From the NCBI RefSeq assembly GCF_902713615.1, contig NC_052152.1, positions 52,117,810-52,181,809 of the forward strand: a stretch of DNA of 64,000 nt, given 5' to 3'. Numbering within the stretch: position 1 is the first letter of the stretch; every line of letters begins with the position of its first letter. Of this stretch, positions 58,716 through 64,000 are shown piece by piece. This DNA comes from Scyliorhinus canicula (Eukaryota). Below the pieces are notes generated by a model. That model ran no database searches. It was not told the DNA's origin and was given only the letters and a program-made list of their open reading frames with translations. Position numbers and translations under genes: made by a program.

Positions 58716-60954
58716 CTCCGCAGATGATGTGCAAGCTCCAATGCTACAACCTGTGGTAAGTGGTAAAGCAGTGTGGTAAGCAGTAAAACCTCGCCGATGC
58801 CCCTCCAGGGCTTACTTACTCATCACTGTGCAAGCAGATTGTGAGGAGGATATTGATATTATTGTAATTCAAGGTCTGTCATCCTGCAGAATTGAGGAAC
58901 TCAAAACTGCCCTACAAACAGATCACACATGTTGGCAGCTCCATGGTGTCATCATGAAAGGATGGCCCCTGACATCAAAAGAACTTGCTCATGAGCTTTG
59001 CATTTTTTAATGCCACGAGAGAGGAGTTATCTGCGTATGGTGGATTGATACTGCGTGGCCAGATATTAATCATCCCCAGCGCTCTGCAGAAGTACAACAC
59101 TCAGCAATGATATCCGGGGGTGGAAGTAACTATGTGTCGGGCAAAGGAAACCATATAATGGCCCTCAATGCACATTAAGGGAAGTGTTTAGATGTGCACC
59201 ATGCAATGCACTCAAGCCTCATCAAACCAAAGAACCACTGCACCTCTGAGGTTCCAGACCTTTCATGGTCATTCACCGTGGCAGATGTATTTGAGTGAAA
59301 TGAGTGACAACATTTAGCCCTTGCTGATTCAGTCTCAGGGTGGTATGAAGTCGATAACTTACCTGCTGCATACTTTGCTGCATACAGCATCCCACACAGG
59401 CCAATAAAGGACAACACCCGTCAGTTTGTCCCCAGGGATTTCAAGGACGTTGCACAGACATGGGACTTCTCAACATATTGCAAACAGCCCTCCATTACCC
59501 ACAATGAATGGTATGGTGAAGTATGCAGTATGTTCAGCAAAGCACCTCCTCGAAAAAAGCCTCCGTGACAACACTACTTAGTCTGCATAATCTGCCAAGA
59601 GAGGGTCTGCCCTCACCAGCACAAAGAATATTGTCCAGACACACAACAACCATAATCCCTGTTGCAACTCAAAGAGGAAACAAATGTGAGGGAGACCCTC
59701 AAGAAGCGGTGACAAAAGTAGGAAAAGATACCATGACCGTAAATCCTGCAGACTCTGCACGAGTCAGGCCAGACAGTCAGATTGCAATCCACACATACAG
59801 CTGTGATAAACTAGCAGTTTATCCACAGCTATGCCCCCCAACTAAACAGTTGCATGGTCATCTCAGATGGTGCCCTGTTTGTCAGGAACCGGCCTCATTT
59901 GTGACAGATACCACAACCAGCACTGCCAGCTGCTACAGAGGTTGACACATCGAGTCCATGATCTGCGTCTGCTGCATCGATGGAGATGTAGCTTTCTCCT
60001 GCTACCAACACAACAAGCTCGGCAGCCACTGTGCACACCCCAGGCATGCCTGATGCCATTTGCCACATGGGCAATATCCTGGTGCATCCCAAGAACAAGT
60101 GAACTGGTGTAATTATACGCTCGGAGAGGCTGAACAGACCAAACCCCAACCTCAAGGACTATGTACTGACGTAAGTATGGATGTGTGATGTAGTCTTAAA
60201 CGAGGTGGGGAAAGGTACACACATGGACTTTGTGCCAGGCTTTGTGGCCCAAGCCCATGCCTTGTGAAATTTAAATATTCAATATTCTGTTACTGCATTT
60301 AACATTGTTCTCTGCACGCGAGTATTGATTGTCCCAGCTAAATGGGGAAGATGTAGAATGCATATTCGTGTATCTATTTCCATGACCTGTACACAGGAAG
60401 TGGCAGGTTGGTAGCATGGGAGTTCTCAGCAGTGTGGCTACAGGCATGGTGTGTGGCCACAGGCATGCTGTGTAAGAAATGCTGAAGATCTTACAATGAA
60501 CCATTTAAATTGAAGTCCTTCGTCATCAATCCTACACAACCCATGGACTTTATAAAACTGATTGGAATTTGGGCTAGAGAACACACAGGTTCTGCAGTAA
60601 TGAGATCAATGAAGCTCTCTCCCATGGCTGCCTGTAACAGATCCCAATGCCTTTCAAAGCTAGATTAGATAACCCATTCAACTCTGACATGCCATGCTTT
60701 CTTGTCTGCAGTCTGGACAACCATGGAAGAAGCTCCCAGGTCCTTAGATGTGGAGGTCTTATGGTTGTTTTTTCTGGAAAAGAAAACAATCCACTGGACC
60801 ATGGCAATAGTGTCCAAAAGATTTAACATTAGGTTTATTGACTGGCAATAATGACACATGCAGAGTAACCATGGTTATCATTCGGAATGAACTTTTACAC
60901 TATGCTTGATTTTATCTGTTCATGGAGCATCTCCCGACCATCTTCTGACATAGA

Positions 60955-61301
60955 TAGATAGAATTTACAGTGCAGAAGGAGGCCATTCGGCCCATCGAGT
61001 CTGCACCGGCTCTTAAAAAAGAGCATCCTACCCAAGGTCAACACCTCCACCCTATCCCCATAACCCAGTACCCCACCCAACACTAAGGGCAATTTTGGAC
61101 ACTAAGGGCAATTTAGCATGGCCAATCCACCTAACCTGCACATCTTTGGACTGTGGGAGGAAACCGGAGCACCCGGAGGAAACCCACGCACACACGGGGA
61201 GGATGTGCAGACTCCATACAGACAGCGACCCAAGCCGGAATCGAACCTGGGACCCTGGAGCTGTGAAGCGATTGTGCTATCCACAATGCTACCGTGCTGC
61301 C
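60955..61301 (-). mobile_element. HE1/V-SINE-like SINE (family A, long tail)
   Basis: Family A core in reverse; near-identical to 40401-40738. Confidence 0.9.
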
Positions 61302-62859
61302 ACATCTTCAAATGGATCACACAATTTGAACAGATCCAGCTCAGAAGTAACTTTAGAAATATAACTGGGCAAGAAAATGTAAATATTTGTCTCAAACTCA
61401 AGAAAAGGTTGGCAATCAACCAAAATATAGGTTATCAAAACGAAAAGATGCTTGTGTTGAACTGAATATCTTATTTATCTTGGACATCAGATGTGGAATC
61501 CCATCACAAAGTCACTTTGTTTACCCACAGCCTGTGCTAATCCCTGGTTTTGTGAGATCAGTTTAATTGAAATTATTTGGGTAAATTGCCAGTGGATTTA
61601 CATCTGCATGAGGCATCCAGTCTCCGAGCCCAATCAGGAAAGACCTACTTCCTTTGAGGGGCCAAGACAAAATGTACATGTTTCCGCCCCCACCCACCCT
61701 GGCATTTATACTGTTGCTGGGCAGAGAATTTAATCAATTACCCGAGCACCTTGGGAGAATTCAAATTAAGTCTTCTGCCCCTCTCTGTAGCAGCACTATC
61801 CACACAAACACCTTGCTTTATTCACGCTGTTAATGTCATTTATCTTGATTTAAAAGCTGGAATAGGCACAACCATGTTTGGATGTCATATTCAGTATCTA
61901 CTGGTGAATTATATTGGAAATTGGAGCTGACTACTAGGAGCTAGTAGAACAATTCAACACCCAAATTTACACCCTCTCTGCCTGTCCCTGATGTATCCAA
62001 AATCAGCAGGCACAAAAAATGAGGGATTAGTTTATATTCTAAAAACTGTCCAGTTTGTGGGTGTCAAAACAAACTGCAACATTGCTATGATACACTGGTG
62101 ACAAAAGTATTCCATTTCTGCAATATGGATGTCACACCTTGGTATTGTGGTGTTAACCGAGGTGCAGTGTTAATCTCTCTCAGACGGAACCAGCAGGCGC
62201 ATATAGTCCCATCTAAAATGCCAGGCTTTTTCTGTGCTGCCACCTTTCTCCAAGGCACTGGGCACCTCTGAAGAAACTTGCTACCTTGAAAGGCTAACAA
62301 AAGCAAAGGCTCATCCTTCAAGTCGCTGCAGTTCTTCAATCCTGTGGCAGCACCTGAATTCCTGGATTGCTGAGTCGCCTGCAATCAGAGGCCTTTGCAA
62401 GGCCAGAAATTCACTTCCATTATGCCGATGAGGTTGACCACTGAATCACAAGAAAGGTTCTGTTCTCAAATGATCTAGCTTCAGACCAAACTTTCACCTG
62501 ATGTAGAATCTTGGTCCTCACCTATATTTGCTTTTCTATTGATAAATCTTGCCTTAGTCTATGCAGAGTAAGTTAAGATGGTGAATTTCCTGTTAAATAG
62601 TCTTTCTCAACATCACCTTAATTTGCCAAAGTGCATATTGTAAGAGTCCTTCCAGTTTTTAAAATTTGTTCCCATTTCTCTTATCTCATTTATTATTTTG
62701 GTTTGTGGACCCATAGTTGGGATGTGCCTTTAAGCATAAGTGTGCTTGCCAGTATGTTCCTAGATTTTGGATTTGAGAGGAGAAACCGACTCATCAGCAT
62801 GGAGTGAATCTTAGAACTGGTTTTGGAAGAAGGCGGTTCAATTTGCCTCAGTATTTATA

Positions 62860-63125
62860 GTTGAAAAGATGGATAACTTGCCAGAAGTCCCGGAAAAATC
62901 AATAGTCGATTGGGGACAGGGTCTTAGTACGATTAACGCAAGTACAGCATCAGTAACTAGGAAATTAATGGAACTAAAGAGTGATAAATCCCCGGCACCT
63001 GATGGTTTCCATCCAAAAGGTGTTAAAGGAAGAAAGGGAGCACATTGTAGATGTCCGAAATATAATCTTTCGGAGTTCCTTAGATTTAGGTTCAGTCCCT
63101 TTGGATTGGATCCACTTTTTAAGAA
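62860..63125 (+). mobile_element. CR1 ORF2 internal fragment
   Basis: KLMELKSDKSPAPDGFHPKVLKE across a frameshift. Confidence 0.75.
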
Positions 63126-63149
63126 GGGTTAAAGGGGAAACCAAAGAAT

Positions 63150-63690
63150 TACTAATAATAAAGAGAATAAAGCGCAGTACAGCACAGGAACAGGCCCTTC
63201 GGTCTTCCAACCTTGTACCGGTCATGATACCAACCTTTGCCAAAACCCTCAGCACTTCCTTGTGTCATATCCCTCTATACCCGTCCTATCCATGTATTTG
63301 TCAAGGTGCCTTTGGAACGCCGTTAATGTATCTGCTTCCACAACCTCCCTGGCAACGCATTCCAGGCACTCACCACCCACTGTGTAAAAAAACCTGCCTC
63401 GCACACCTCCTCTAAACTTTGCTTCACGGACCTTAAACCTATGCCGCTGGTGACTGACCCCTCCACCCTGGGAAAGAGTGCCTGCCCATCTGCTCTTTCC
63501 ATGCGCCTCATAATCTTGTAGACCTCTATCAGATCACCCCTCAACCTCCGCCGTGCTAACAAAAACCATCCGAGTCTGTTCAGTTTCTCCGCATAGCTAA
63601 CACCCTCGAGACCAGGCAACATCCTGGTATACCTCCTCTGCACCCTCTCCAAAGTCTTCACATCCTCTGGTAGTGTGGCGCCCAGAATTC
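63150..63690 (-). mobile_element. CR1 LINE 3' end
   Basis: EDVKTLERVQRRYTRMLPGLEGVSYAEKLNRLG...RGDLIEVYKIM. Confidence 0.88.
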
Positions 63691-64000
63691 TGCACAATAT
63701 TCTTTTTTTTTTAATAAACAATTTTATTGAGGTAGTTTTTGGCTTTATAAACAGTTACAGACATCATCAGAAAGGAAGCAAAAAAGGCAAAAATGTGCAA
63801 ACATCCACGTACATTCAATACTTCCATCGTACCGTATTGCACAAGCCCGCTCCCCTCCCACCCGTACTACCCGCCATATTTTCCCTCCTACTCTACTCTA
63901 CCCCCCCCCCCCACCCCCCTGCTGACGCTCACTCTCCCGCAAAGAAGTCAATAAATGGTTGCCACCTTCGGGTGAACCCCTGCACAGATCCCCTCAAGGC
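63691..64000 (-). mobile_element. L1/Tx1-clade LINE 3' end inserted into CR1, running off the window
   Basis: T-run then ttttattg (poly-A and AATAAA on the minus strand), C-rich 3' UTR, then aatggttgccacct...gatcccctcaaggc. Confidence 0.75.

Larger units (their letters stand above)
55542..60557 (+). mobile_element. Old Gypsy LTR retrotransposon, heavily degraded, antisense to the host gene
   Basis: Diverged LTR pair at ~55542-55723 and ~60352-60557; PPT aatggggaaga before the 3' LTR. RT motifs KQKVVDELERMTRLGVIGPI...EWVS...KKDGTVRI and LDAECGFW; RNase H QVAFTSRAL...EKEHLA. No TSD found. Confidence 0.8.

Noticed and set aside
835-61301. Recurrent conserved ~200-330-bp units that could be mistaken for tRNA genes or a CRISPR-like array
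   Set aside because: They are dispersed, irregularly spaced SINEs with TSDs and tails. There is no complete cloverleaf and no repeat-spacer periodicity.
53885-64000. Upstream exons (signal peptide, Ig domains 1-2) or a promoter
   Set aside because: No Ig-like frame or convincing first exon was found. The region is mostly Gypsy, SINE and CR1 remnants, so the 5' end is presumed to be outside the window.

Overview
Repeat-dense vertebrate genomic DNA. The repeat content (HE1/V-SINE-like SINEs, CR1, L2, L1/Tx1, Rex/Babar, Penelope, Gypsy, hAT, PIF/Harbinger) points to a cartilaginous fish, plausibly a catshark; the species is inferred, not searched. One host gene is supported: the 3' part of an EWI-family multi-Ig membrane protein (IGSF3-like / CD101-like) on the minus strand. 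It has five V-type Ig exons and a transmembrane/cytoplasmic terminal exon: join(53884..53504, 52619..52215, 51023..50622, 49622..49206, 44619..44203, 30831..30632). All junctions are phase 1 GT-AG and the frame is open to TAA at 30634-30632. I found no signal-peptide or N-terminal Ig exons, so they probably lie beyond 64000. Bases 1-30000 are a stack of nested transposon insertions, many with readable target-site duplications. No clearly new biological system is demonstrable from the sequence alone. The most unusual items are: a ~220-bp-arm foldback duplication of unique intronic DNA; a hAT MITE made of two back-to-back cruciform hairpins; Penelope inverted repeats with a minimal hammerhead-ribozyme motif; an RT-less Gypsy element with a YY1-motif array; ungapped similarity between the last two Ig exons; and a 10/10 sense-strand bias of SINEs inside the gene. 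Family assignments rest on recalled motifs and manual alignment. Repeat boundaries without a TSD are approximate.
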